From an uncultured Bacilli bacterium (GTDB taxonomy: Bacteria > Bacillota_I > Bacilli_A > RFN20 > CAG-826): a DNA stretch of 45,071 nucleotides. The notes beneath the pieces are model-generated. The model was not told where the DNA came from, made no database searches, and was given only the letters and a program-made list of their open reading frames with translations. Below are positions 1 to 7,989 of the stretch, in pieces. Position 1 is the first letter of the stretch. Each line of letters starts with the position of its first letter. Location of the stretch: assembly GCA_944363535.1 (NCBI GenBank), contig CALVUG010000005.1, forward strand, positions 1-45,071. Direction: 5' to 3'. The translations under genes and the position numbers were made by a program.

Positions 1-75
1 GGTTGAAGGGGTGGGCTTGGAAAGCTCATAGGTCTCGAAAGGGGCGCAAGGGTTCAAATCCCTTTTTCTCCGCCA
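1..75 (+). tRNA. tRNA-Ser(GGA), 5' end truncated by window edge
   Basis: Anticodon arm TGGGC-ttGGAaa-GCTCA, long variable arm, T-arm AAGGG-TTCAAAT-CCCTT, encoded CCA ending at 75. Confidence 0.93.
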
Positions 76-90
76 TCATCGATTGTCGAG

Positions 91-117
91 ACACGTACGC
101 AAAAGTGCGTGTTTTTT
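91..117 (+). terminator. Intrinsic terminator after tRNA-Ser
   Basis: Stem ACACGTAC/GTGCGTGT (one G-U) followed by a T-run. Confidence 0.8.
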
Positions 118-346
118 CTTATTTTTGGGCATTTTTCACCATGTTTAACATAGTTAGTAAATCAACAACCCACTAGTAACGGGCAACATAAAAACCCCGT
201 GAAAAAAACTGGACGGACACGAGGGTTTAAATCGCGCGCCCATAGAAAAGAATCTGCATTTCAAGACTCAATTTCTAATATTTAATGTTTTATGCTAAGT
301 AACTTATCTTAACCACATTAAAAAATGGCTTTAAAATAGCACTTCA

Positions 347-601
347 TTATAAATGTTTTAGTAATAATGGCACTGTATAATTATCTAATTTATAAACCAT
401 TTTTAATGTTGATGAATCAATCCCAATTAAAATGTCTAATAAATCTTGTCTTCTTACATCTTTTTCGTCATAAGAATTGGCAGCTTTCTGAACAATGCTT
501 TCAAAGCATCTTTCATCTTTTAGCGAATCAAACCATATTTTAACATCCACATTGCCAATTAGAGATGAGGCGTTAGGAACAAGTTCTTTGATTTTTTTCA
601 C
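347..601 (-). pseudogene. Hypothetical protein, probably the 3' fragment of a decayed gene
   Basis: 84-aa ORF with GTG start and no SD. An in-frame stop lies 6 codons upstream, and a coding-like stretch (KTTDWDRARGAWYSTSSPYLVSYR) sits upstream in another frame. Confidence 0.4.
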
Positions 602-745
602 AGCTTCTTCAAATAATTACGATAAGACACTAAGTAAGGTGAACTGGTTGAATACCAAGCACCTCTTGCTCTATCCCAGTCTGTTGTTTTGCAATTACAT
701 TATGAAAACTAAATTCAAACTTAAATACAGACTCTGCATTAATTA

Positions 746-775
746 AAAACAGACCCCATTAATGAAATCTGCTTT
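746..775 (-). terminator. Intrinsic terminator of the ATPase/toxin/immunity unit
   Basis: Minus strand AAAGCAGATTTCATT-AATGGGGTCTGTTTTT hairpin with U-tract just after the stop at 781. Confidence 0.65.
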
Positions 776-780
776 CCGTA

Positions 781-1242
781 TTATTTGTTTTGTTCAACTG
801 CTTTTTTGAATCTATCATCGCTATATAAATTAACGTAGAAATAATCGTCTTTTTTAATTATTCCGGATTTAATTAATAGAGAAACGTATATTGAATCAAA
901 AGTATCAAACATTGTCTCCTCTTCGCCTTCAGAAGGTTCGGTATCAAGCGAGAGGCCTAATCTATTAAATAATAATCCTAAAAATGGATATGGATCTTTT
1001 ACTTTGAGATTGTGACCATCAAAATTATAGAAGGCAAGCATAAAATTCCATGCAGGATATCTACCATTAATAGATTTTTTTAAATATTGAAACCATTCAT
1101 CAAAGACAATTTGTTCGCCGTATTCGTTAATTAATTGCTTAGCAATATCGGACAAACGTCCAACTTCGTCTTCTGAAAAATCACTTTGAAAATCAACACT
1201 AAATAATACCTTGTTAATGTCTTTGTTGTATTCCTTATTCAT
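781..1242 (-). CDS. Hypothetical acidic protein, putative immunity/antitoxin
   Basis: 153 aa, D/E-rich, strong SD (AAAGGAGG), ATGA 4-bp overlap with the upstream toxin-like gene. Function inferred from context. Confidence 0.6.
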   Translation of the reverse strand: MNKEYNKDINKVLFSVDFQSDFSEDEVGRLSDIAKQLINEYGEQIVFDEWFQYLKKSINGRYPAWNFMLAFYNFDGHNLKVKDPYPFLGLLFNRLGLSLDTEPSEGEEETMFDTFDSIYVSLLIKSGIIKKDDYFYVNLYSDDRFKKAVEQNK

Positions 1243-1658
1243 AGAATAATTCCTCCTTTAAAGTCTTTGTGCTTAGGATATTTTTTGAAAGCTTCGTCCG
1301 CCCATTTCATAGATTTAGAATTAGGACGATAATGACCACTTTGATTGTCGAAAGAATATATTTTTCCTCCGCGAATATCAACTATGCCAGCCATTTTTAC
1401 TTTCGGATCAGTGCCACCAACTAATGTTGGGTGTGGTGTGGGTGTTTTGCTTGGCGTTCTACCGTTTCCATTTCTGCTACCAATAATTACTCGTTCATCA
1501 GTGGTAATTACGTATGGCATTTGTTTGTTGTAATGCTTATCAACAATATAATTGCCATTAATAGTTGAATCCAAATATTGGGTTGTTGGGTTCTTTGAAT
1601 AGCCAGTGCCTATCTTATAAACACCATGTTTGATGTCTTTCTTCATCATTTTAGACAA
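1239..1658 (-). CDS. Stand-alone polymorphic-toxin-like domain (H...AG...DNxSGHYRP), putative nuclease toxin
   Basis: 139 aa, basic. Pattern YVIT-D--VIIG-R ... PHPTLVGG ... V-MAG ... GKI--DNQSGHYRP resembles two-His C-terminal toxin domains of Rhs/polymorphic toxins. Start is TTG 1658 or ATG 1649. Confidence 0.6.
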   Translation of the reverse strand: MSKMMKKDIKHGVYKIGTGYSKNPTTQYLDSTINGNYIVDKHYNKQMPYVITTDERVIIGSRNGNGRTPSKTPTPHPTLVGGTDPKVKMAGIVDIRGGKIYSFDNQSGHYRPNSKSMKWADEAFKKYPKHKDFKGGIIL

Positions 1659-2948
1659 TTAATCTTTAAGGCATGCAAGTGGGATGACGTAAACTCCATC
1701 ATCTCGTTTCATACCGTATCGTGTTCCAGTAATAATAATCTTTAAATCAGGAAGTCTTAACGGCACTTGTTTTTCATTTTTATTATATTCTTTAATTAGC
1801 CTTTCAATTTCAAGTAAGTCAGCCGCACCTCTATCAATTTCATTTTGTCCCAGCTTAAACTCTAATAAAGCATATCTTCCATCCTTAAGATGTAATACAC
1901 TATCAGCTTCTAAACCATATCTATCGCGGTAATATGACATAGTTCCATTCATCTTATTTGAATAAATTTTTAAATCTCTAACGCACAAGGATTCAAATAG
2001 AAAGCCTAGTGTCTTAAAGTCAGTATTAAAGAATTCTGGTTTGACACCTAGGGCTGCGACAGCAAGTGATGGATCAATTAGATTACGTTTAGCGCTAGCG
2101 CGAATAGCTTCTCTTGACCTAATGGCAGGACACCACGCAGGAATATCTTCGATAATATATAGCTTTTCAAGGGCGTGAACGTAATCTAAAAATGTCGGCT
2201 TACTTATGCCTGTAGTAGATGTAGCGTCACCATATATTGTCTTCGTCTCAGCAGTCGTACAAATATTTCTTGCATAAGATTTAAGTATTTTTTCTGCCCA
2301 TAGCGCATTTCTTTTAATTCCATCAATCTTAGAAATGTCTTTGTGACAAGTTTGATAATAGATATCTTCCGCAATAGCTAATTGTGATTCTTTCGTTTTA
2401 TTTTTCAAACTCTTTGGCCAACCACCACGACAAATAGCAAATATTAATTCATCAATCGATAGATTAGATTCAACAAATTCAAAGTCTTTCCCGTCAAATA
2501 ATTCCATCAATGATATTTTTCCACTGGATTCACCACTTTCATATAGGCTCATCGGATACATTTTTAACGTCGATATTCTGGCTGTACCAGTATGAGCTGT
2601 TTCGACATCATTAGAGGAAGAACCAGTTAAAATGTATAAGCCATTCTCATCGCTATTATCGTCGACGCTCTTTCTAATCGCACCCCAAATTTTAGGAGCA
2701 TCTTGCCATTCATCAAATAGTCGTGGTTTTTCCCCAATTAGTAACTTTGATGGCATAGTCTTAGCGGTCGCTAAGTATCCATCTCTTAAATCTTCATCTT
2801 GAAATTCGATGATGCTTCTAGCTTTTTGACTTGCGGTTGTGGTTTTACCACACCCTTTAGGACCTACAATTAAAGTCGCGCCAAAAGTGTTCAATTTAAA
2901 ATCTAATAAATCATCAGCAATTCGCTTTTTATAATCTTTTATTTTCAT
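1659..2948 (-). CDS. AAA+ ATPase (AAA_14) with C-terminal DUF4143 PD-(D/E)XK-like domain
   Basis: Walker A GPKGCGKT, Walker B LFDEWQ, ILTGS, C-terminal YYRDRYGLEADSVL...LLEFKLG, typical ending VIPLACLKD. Confidence 0.88.
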   Translation of the reverse strand: MKIKDYKKRIADDLLDFKLNTFGATLIVGPKGCGKTTTASQKARSIIEFQDEDLRDGYLATAKTMPSKLLIGEKPRLFDEWQDAPKIWGAIRKSVDDNSDENGLYILTGSSSNDVETAHTGTARISTLKMYPMSLYESGESSGKISLMELFDGKDFEFVESNLSIDELIFAICRGGWPKSLKNKTKESQLAIAEDIYYQTCHKDISKIDGIKRNALWAEKILKSYARNICTTAETKTIYGDATSTTGISKPTFLDYVHALEKLYIIEDIPAWCPAIRSREAIRASAKRNLIDPSLAVAALGVKPEFFNTDFKTLGFLFESLCVRDLKIYSNKMNGTMSYYRDRYGLEADSVLHLKDGRYALLEFKLGQNEIDRGAADLLEIERLIKEYNKNEKQVPLRLPDLKIIITGTRYGMKRDDGVYVIPLACLKD

Positions 2949-2966
2949 AGTATTAACCCCACTTAA

Positions 2967-2995
2967 ATTTTAGAAGAAAAACGTAAAAACATCAA
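2967..2995 (-). promoter_or_regulatory. Sigma-A-type promoter of the DUF4143 ATPase
   Basis: Minus strand TTGATG-17 nt-TAAAAT, then a GGGGT SD 7 nt before the ATG. Confidence 0.65.
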
Positions 2996-2999
2996 CAGA

Positions 3000-3105
3000 A
3001 TTTAACGTTTGTGTGGCAATTCATTTAACGTTTGTGCGGTATCTTACTTTACATTTGCGAAGTATTTTACTTTACACTTTTGTGCTATTTAACGTTTGCG
3101 AAAAC
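3000..3105. repeat. Degenerate ~23-bp tandem repeat (5 units)
   Basis: ATTTAACGTTTGTGTGGCAATTC (3000), ATTTAACGTTTGTGCGGTATCTT (3023), ACTTTACATTTGCGAAGTATTTT (3046), truncated ACTTTACACTTTTGTGCT (3069), ATTTAACGTTTGCGAAAAC (3087). Confidence 0.8.
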
Positions 3106-3276
3106 TGTTTTTATATAAACTTAATTTAAATCTTAAAGCATGTTGAAGTTTAAAATGTTAACTACCAATCGTTAAAAGCCTATCTATTTTTTAATAAATT
3201 CAATCGCTTATTAGGAGGATATATAAGCAAATAATAACTTGACTTTAAATATAATTTAAATAATAATCTCTATACT

Positions 3277-3305
3277 GATAAAAGGACACTAATTGTCCTT
3301 ATATC
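3277..3305. promoter_or_regulatory. Palindromic operator candidate upstream of degV
   Basis: GATAAAAGGACA-ctaat-TGTCCTTATATC (11/12 inverted match) directly after TATACT at 3271-3276. Confidence 0.55.
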
Positions 3306-3356
3306 AAAAAATTTTAAAAATAGAAAATTGAATTATTTCAATATTAGAGGATAAAT

Positions 3357-4181
3357 ATGCAATATAAAATAATCGTCGATAGCGCTTGTGATCTAAAAAA
3401 TAATTACTTAAAAGAAACTTATAACGAAGAAGAGATTGGCTTTGCTATCGTTCCTTTTATCATCGACGTCGATGGAAAAGAATTCGTAGACGATGATACT
3501 ATAGATACTAAAGTTCTTTTAGAACATTTAAATAAGTCGAAAAGATCACGTTCTAGTTGCCCTTCAACTTTAGATTTTGAAAAGGTGATGGACGCTACAT
3601 TTAATTTTGTCATCACCATTTCTTCTAAATTAAGTGGCTCTTACAATTCTGCGAACGCTGCTAAGAATGCACAAGATAAACATAGTTTTATCATCGATTC
3701 GAAAGGCACCGCTGGCATGGAAGAATTACTAGTAGATAAACTTTATCAACTAATTAAAGAAGGCAAAACTTACGAAGAAATTAAAAAGGATATCATCGCC
3801 TACCGCGATTCTTTAACTCTCTACTTCACCTTAGCGAAATACGATAACTTGGTGAAGACAGGTCGAATCAATCGTCTTTTAGCTAAGATCGTCACTCTCG
3901 CTCGTATCAAGGCGTTATGTAAAGCAAACGATGGTGAGATTGCTATCGCTAAAAAGTGTTTAACTTACAATCAATGTTTAAAGACGATCATTAATCACCT
4001 GCGTGAAAGCAAACAAAAATATGAAAAATGTGTCATCACTTACTGCATCGAAAACAAAGTAGCGAATGAACTTAAAAAACAATTAGAATCTTTAAATATC
4101 TTTAAGACAATTGTGGTTAGAAACGCTAAAGGCTTAGATGCATTTTATGCTTTAGAAAATTCTTTAATCGTCGTCTTTTAA
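3357..4181 (+). CDS. DegV family fatty-acid-binding protein (FakB-like)
   Basis: IIVDSACDL, SSCPS, ITISSKLSGSYNSA, IIDS, NLVKTGRI motifs; SD GAGG. Confidence 0.92.
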   Translation: MQYKIIVDSACDLKNNYLKETYNEEEIGFAIVPFIIDVDGKEFVDDDTIDTKVLLEHLNKSKRSRSSCPSTLDFEKVMDATFNFVITISSKLSGSYNSANAAKNAQDKHSFIIDSKGTAGMEELLVDKLYQLIKEGKTYEEIKKDIIAYRDSLTLYFTLAKYDNLVKTGRINRLLAKIVTLARIKALCKANDGEIAIAKKCLTYNQCLKTIINHLRESKQKYEKCVITYCIENKVANELKKQLESLNIFKTIVVRNAKGLDAFYALENSLIVVF

Positions 4182-4219
4182 CTAAAAAAATAAGGTAAAT
4201 CGCCAATTAAATCATAATA

Positions 4220-4933
4220 TTAGCTTAATAAAACGTAATCATCAAAGTTTGGTTTACCTAAGTTTACCGTCGTATAATCGTAACTTAAAATAGTCGTCAA
4301 ATGTTCGTTATTCACCTTAGAATACACTAGATGATAATTATCGATTTCTACTTCAAAATTATTAATTTCATCTACTTCCACTTCCGCATGTAATTGACCT
4401 AAATTATTCGAATAATAAGCGTATGAATGAACTTGTTCTTCGTCGACATTCGTAACAAGAGAAGCATTTTGTGAGGTGAAATCTAAGACGTCATACGCTA
4501 ATAAAGATAAGCTTTGTACTCTACTTAAAAAACTTTCTCTTAATGGATCAGAATTTCCACTCGCACTCGAGAAAAAAACGTAACTACGCGTACGTAAATA
4601 AGTTCCATCCTCTTGTCTAACTTCTCTAACATCATGTAAATCTTGATGATTTTGAAAGACCCAATGTCTTTCCATGATGACATTATCTATGTAGATAGAA
4701 TAATAAAAATAATTCGCACTTAAATCGTAACGTTCATATCTTTCATTGTAGGAAGTACCATCATCTTCGATAAGATGAGAAGAAAGCGCATTCGAGGCTT
4801 CCACTTCTTGACGAGCGATTTTATCTTCGATATCTAAAGCGTATTGTTTGGCTGTTAAAATATCGATGCTCGTCGGATTACAAGCACTTAATAATAAGAT
4901 AGGTAATAAAGTTAATAGAATTTTTTTCTTCAT
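4220..4933 (-). CDS. Hypothetical lipoprotein
   Basis: Signal peptide MKKKILLTLLPILLLSAC with lipobox LSAC; 237 aa. Confidence 0.75.
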   Translation of the reverse strand: MKKKILLTLLPILLLSACNPTSIDILTAKQYALDIEDKIARQEVEASNALSSHLIEDDGTSYNERYERYDLSANYFYYSIYIDNVIMERHWVFQNHQDLHDVREVRQEDGTYLRTRSYVFFSSASGNSDPLRESFLSRVQSLSLLAYDVLDFTSQNASLVTNVDEEQVHSYAYYSNNLGQLHAEVEVDEINNFEVEIDNYHLVYSKVNNEHLTTILSYDYTTVNLGKPNFDDYVLLS

Positions 4934-4949
4934 AGTTATTTAGAAAGCA

Positions 4950-4971
4950 AAAAGAGGCTTAAGCCTCTTTT
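4950..4971. terminator. Perfect palindrome, likely terminator of the 4981-5349 gene
   Basis: AAAAGAGGCTTAAGCCTCTTTT just after the stop at 4981 (minus strand). Confidence 0.75.
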
Positions 4972-4980
4972 ATAAACAAA

Positions 4981-5349
4981 TTATTCTTCCTTCGTTTCTT
5001 CGCTTACGACTTCGTTAAGTCTTTCGAGTCGACGCATGCGACGGTCATGTTCACGGTCAGATTTCTTCGCATTGACAAGTAAAGTGATGATGGCCACTAA
5101 AGCGCCCGCTGCTAAGACGACGAGTCCTAAGTTTCTAAAATTCATGTGGAAGCCAGCGCTATCCATCGCTTGTTCAGCTTGTTTGATTGGATTTAAATCT
5201 AGCGCGACGCCCATATTATCGCCCACTAAGCCAGTGACAAGTAAGGCTAAAGAGCTCACACCTAAGAAGATAGCGATGCCAAGGAAGATCCATTCCTTCC
5301 AAGAAATACGATGTTGTTTTTTACTTTTTTTCATACCTTTTTCTTTCAT
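4981..5349 (-). CDS. Hypothetical membrane protein (2 TM helices)
   Basis: Two hydrophobic segments with basic termini; 122 aa. Confidence 0.75.
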   Translation of the reverse strand: MKEKGMKKSKKQHRISWKEWIFLGIAIFLGVSSLALLVTGLVGDNMGVALDLNPIKQAEQAMDSAGFHMNFRNLGLVVLAAGALVAIITLLVNAKKSDREHDRRMRRLERLNEVVSEETKEE

Positions 5350-5415
5350 AAATCGAACTTATTTTAACAAATGTTGACGTAATTTGTCATTAACTTTGTT
5401 AATTTTCTCCTTTCC

Positions 5416-6306
5416 TTAAGCACTATGATCTTCGTGATGTTCACTTTCCATCATCTTATTTTTTTCCGCTTGTTTTCTAGCTTGCTCTACCAATTCTTTA
5501 TATAACGGATTATAAACATCTTTCCAAATGATTTCATTTGGTCTAGTGTATTCAGCAATATGTTTGATCGTATCATTGAAGACATCTGGGAACTTTTTAC
5601 CACTAGGTAAGTCTCTTTTACCAGAAATCATCTCCAATAGACGAGAAACTTCATCGAACATATTACGCGTATTTTCGTCAGTGAGCCTACAATGGTTTTT
5701 AATGAAATTAAAGAAACCAAATATTTTTTGAATTTCTTGCGAGATGTAATTTGATTGAGGCGTCGGCTGCCCTTTAGTTTCGTTCATCGCCGTTTGGAAT
5801 TCTTTGAATTGAGCGTATAAATCTTTACAAAGTTGTAAGTAGATAAAACCACGATAGAAAGCATCGTTCGTGCGCATAAGTTTTTCAATTTCAGGTTCGA
5901 GTTGATTATTTTTCTTCGCCATGGTGAGATAGCCATAAAGAATATCTAACATCGTTTCGTAGATGCCGATGACGTAACTATAAATTGCCATGTGTTGCGA
6001 TTTATCAACTCTTAGTTCTTTTTCAGGCGTCACTTTGATGATGATCGAATCATCGCCGTAAACTTCATCATGGAAAGTTTTAATCTTATTTTTAATATCA
6101 TCGCCTAAATGTTTTTCATCTTGATTATTCTTTTCTAAGAAAGAGCCTAATGGGGTATTAGGTTGAATGCCACGTAAGATTAAATCTTTACGCATCAAAT
6201 ATGATTCGTAACTATAGGATGGCTTATCCATCGTATATTCCAAAGTATCACGAATCATGATGGAATAATGATAGATATTTAGGATGTAGATTGAGATGTT
6301 ATTCAT
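5416..6306 (-). CDS. Hypothetical protein (predicted helical)
   Basis: 296-aa ORF, SD AAGGAG, host-like codon usage; no motif recognised. Confidence 0.75.
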   Translation of the reverse strand: MNNISIYILNIYHYSIMIRDTLEYTMDKPSYSYESYLMRKDLILRGIQPNTPLGSFLEKNNQDEKHLGDDIKNKIKTFHDEVYGDDSIIIKVTPEKELRVDKSQHMAIYSYVIGIYETMLDILYGYLTMAKKNNQLEPEIEKLMRTNDAFYRGFIYLQLCKDLYAQFKEFQTAMNETKGQPTPQSNYISQEIQKIFGFFNFIKNHCRLTDENTRNMFDEVSRLLEMISGKRDLPSGKKFPDVFNDTIKHIAEYTRPNEIIWKDVYNPLYKELVEQARKQAEKNKMMESEHHEDHSA

Positions 6307-6308
6307 AA

Positions 6309-7169
6309 TTAATACTCCTTATCTTCCTCGTAGATGAAACGAGCGAGGTCATAGTAATGTTTGACGATATGCGTCGCATATTTTTTCACCGTATTCGAAG
6401 CATGCGCCATGCAGACGTTATGTTTGAACTTTTCAAACATCGTAATATCGTTTCCAGAATCACCCGCGACGAAACATTCATCGCTAGGAATATTGAGATA
6501 GTTAAGATATTCGCTGATGGCTTTAGATTTTTCCGCTCCCGAAGGAGTAATTTCGATGACTTGATTCGACCAAGAAAATTCGAGGTGAGAAAATTTGGCG
6601 CGTAGTTCTTTATTCACCTCTTTGTTAAGTTCGATGTATTTCTTTCTTAAACCCATGAAGATGAGAAGCTTAGAAATTTTATTCGTCTTCAGTTGGTTAT
6701 TAAATAAGCCATCGGCTTTATTACGATCAGAAAAAGTATATTTTTCCGCGTAGCTAAATTGAAAAAAATACCAGATACGATACATTAATTTCAAGATGAT
6801 GTTACGTCTTTTAGCGGCGACGATAGAAGGAAAATTATCGGTCATGATGATGTAAGCTAAAGGATGATATTTTTCATCCATGTAATCGATGACACCTTGC
6901 ACATCTTTCCCGCTCATATATTTCTGTCTAACCATCTTAGCGTCCACCATCATGTTGGCTCCATTGCAGGACATGGAATCGATCGGACGAGCAATTTTCT
7001 TTTCCACTTTCTTGATGAAGTCTTGGCTTCGACCAGTGATGAGAGCGACACGTCCACCATCATCGATGTAACGACGTAAAAAATTGACGTTTCTTTTAGC
7101 AATTAATCTAAATCGACGCCTGGGGTAGAAAAGTGTTCCATCTAAATCTGTCGCTAATACTTTCTTCAT
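6309..7169 (-). CDS. Cof-type HAD-IIB family hydrolase
   Basis: Motif I ATDLDGTL, ITGR, CNGA, IEITPSGAEKS, GDSGNDITMF. Start moved from track 7196 to ATG 7169. Confidence 0.9.
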   Translation of the reverse strand: MKKVLATDLDGTLFYPRRRFRLIAKRNVNFLRRYIDDGGRVALITGRSQDFIKKVEKKIARPIDSMSCNGANMMVDAKMVRQKYMSGKDVQGVIDYMDEKYHPLAYIIMTDNFPSIVAAKRRNIILKLMYRIWYFFQFSYAEKYTFSDRNKADGLFNNQLKTNKISKLLIFMGLRKKYIELNKEVNKELRAKFSHLEFSWSNQVIEITPSGAEKSKAISEYLNYLNIPSDECFVAGDSGNDITMFEKFKHNVCMAHASNTVKKYATHIVKHYYDLARFIYEEDKEY

Positions 7170-7230
7170 ATGTATAAGCATTATACACTCACGCAATAAA
7201 TTTACATCATAAATTTTCGTTTCAAAGCAT

Positions 7231-7260
7231 AAAAAAAGGACTAATCTAAGACTAGCCCTT
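7231..7260 (-). terminator. Intrinsic terminator of hpf
   Basis: Minus strand AAGGGCTAGTC-TTA-GATTAGTCCTT followed by a T-run. Confidence 0.75.
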
Positions 7261-7273
7261 ACAAAATTAAGTA

Positions 7274-7828
7274 TTAAAGTTTGACGTCGTTCTCAGCTTG
7301 GAGTAGACCAATTCCACCATCGTGACGATGATAGACGATGCTAATTTTTTCATCTTCGCTATCAAGATACATGAAGAAATCATGATCTAATGCATCCATG
7401 CGTACGACAGCTTCATCGATGCTCATCGGTTTAAGATAGATCGATTTCGTACGGACGACTTCTTCATTATCTTCCACTTCTTTTTCTGCTTCGAAATTTT
7501 CAAAAGCAATAGCTTTACCTAAGCTCACACGCGTATTCTTACGTGACATACGCGTCTTCAATTTGCGCATTTGACCTTCGAGTTTATCGATGGCTTTATC
7601 GATGGCAGAATATAAATCTTCATCGACGACCTCAGCGCGGAAATCCATCATCTTCGTGAAGATGGTCACTTCCACTTTTGCGCCACGCTTATAAGATCTT
7701 ACGACGACGCGGCAAGTCACATCATCTGTGATGACGAAATATTTGTCCATGCGAGAAAGTTTAGTCTCGACAGCATGACTAATACCTTCGGTCACATCGA
7801 TGTTCTTACCAATAATTTGGTATTTCAT
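7274..7828 (-). CDS. hpf: Ribosome hibernation promoting factor (long HPF/RaiA)
   Basis: MKYQIIGKNIDVT, DLYSAID...KLEGQMRK, C-terminal KPMSIDEAV..M..LDHDFF domain. Confidence 0.93.
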   Translation of the reverse strand: MKYQIIGKNIDVTEGISHAVETKLSRMDKYFVITDDVTCRVVVRSYKRGAKVEVTIFTKMMDFRAEVVDEDLYSAIDKAIDKLEGQMRKLKTRMSRKNTRVSLGKAIAFENFEAEKEVEDNEEVVRTKSIYLKPMSIDEAVVRMDALDHDFFMYLDSEDEKISIVYHRHDGGIGLLQAENDVKL

Positions 7829-7989
7829 ATCATGTAACTCCTTTCAAAGAATTTGTGATTAGAAAACTCTACTTATATCGTAGCAAAAAACGAGCAAAAA
7901 TCATATGCCTTTTTACGCATTTTTTTATCTTTTCATAAATGTGAGACTAATTATTTGTAAATCTTTAAAAATTTGTTAGAAAAATTAAC

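Noticed and set aside
1650-1670. ATPase and toxin ORFs are in the same frame, separated by one TAA (possible read-through fusion or nonsense mutation)
   Set aside because: The ATPase ends with the family-typical ...IPLACLKD terminus, TAA is rarely read through, and in-frame adjacency has a 1-in-3 chance. Not excluded, but unsupported.
3000-3105. Possible CRISPR array
   Set aside because: Units are contiguous and degenerate with no unique ~30-nt spacers, and there are no cas genes in the window.
55-3350. attL/attR duplication of the tRNA-Ser 3' end or an integrase bounding the islet
   Set aside because: No second copy of the tRNA 3' sequence and no recombinase ORF were found by eye, so the islet is not called a mobile element.
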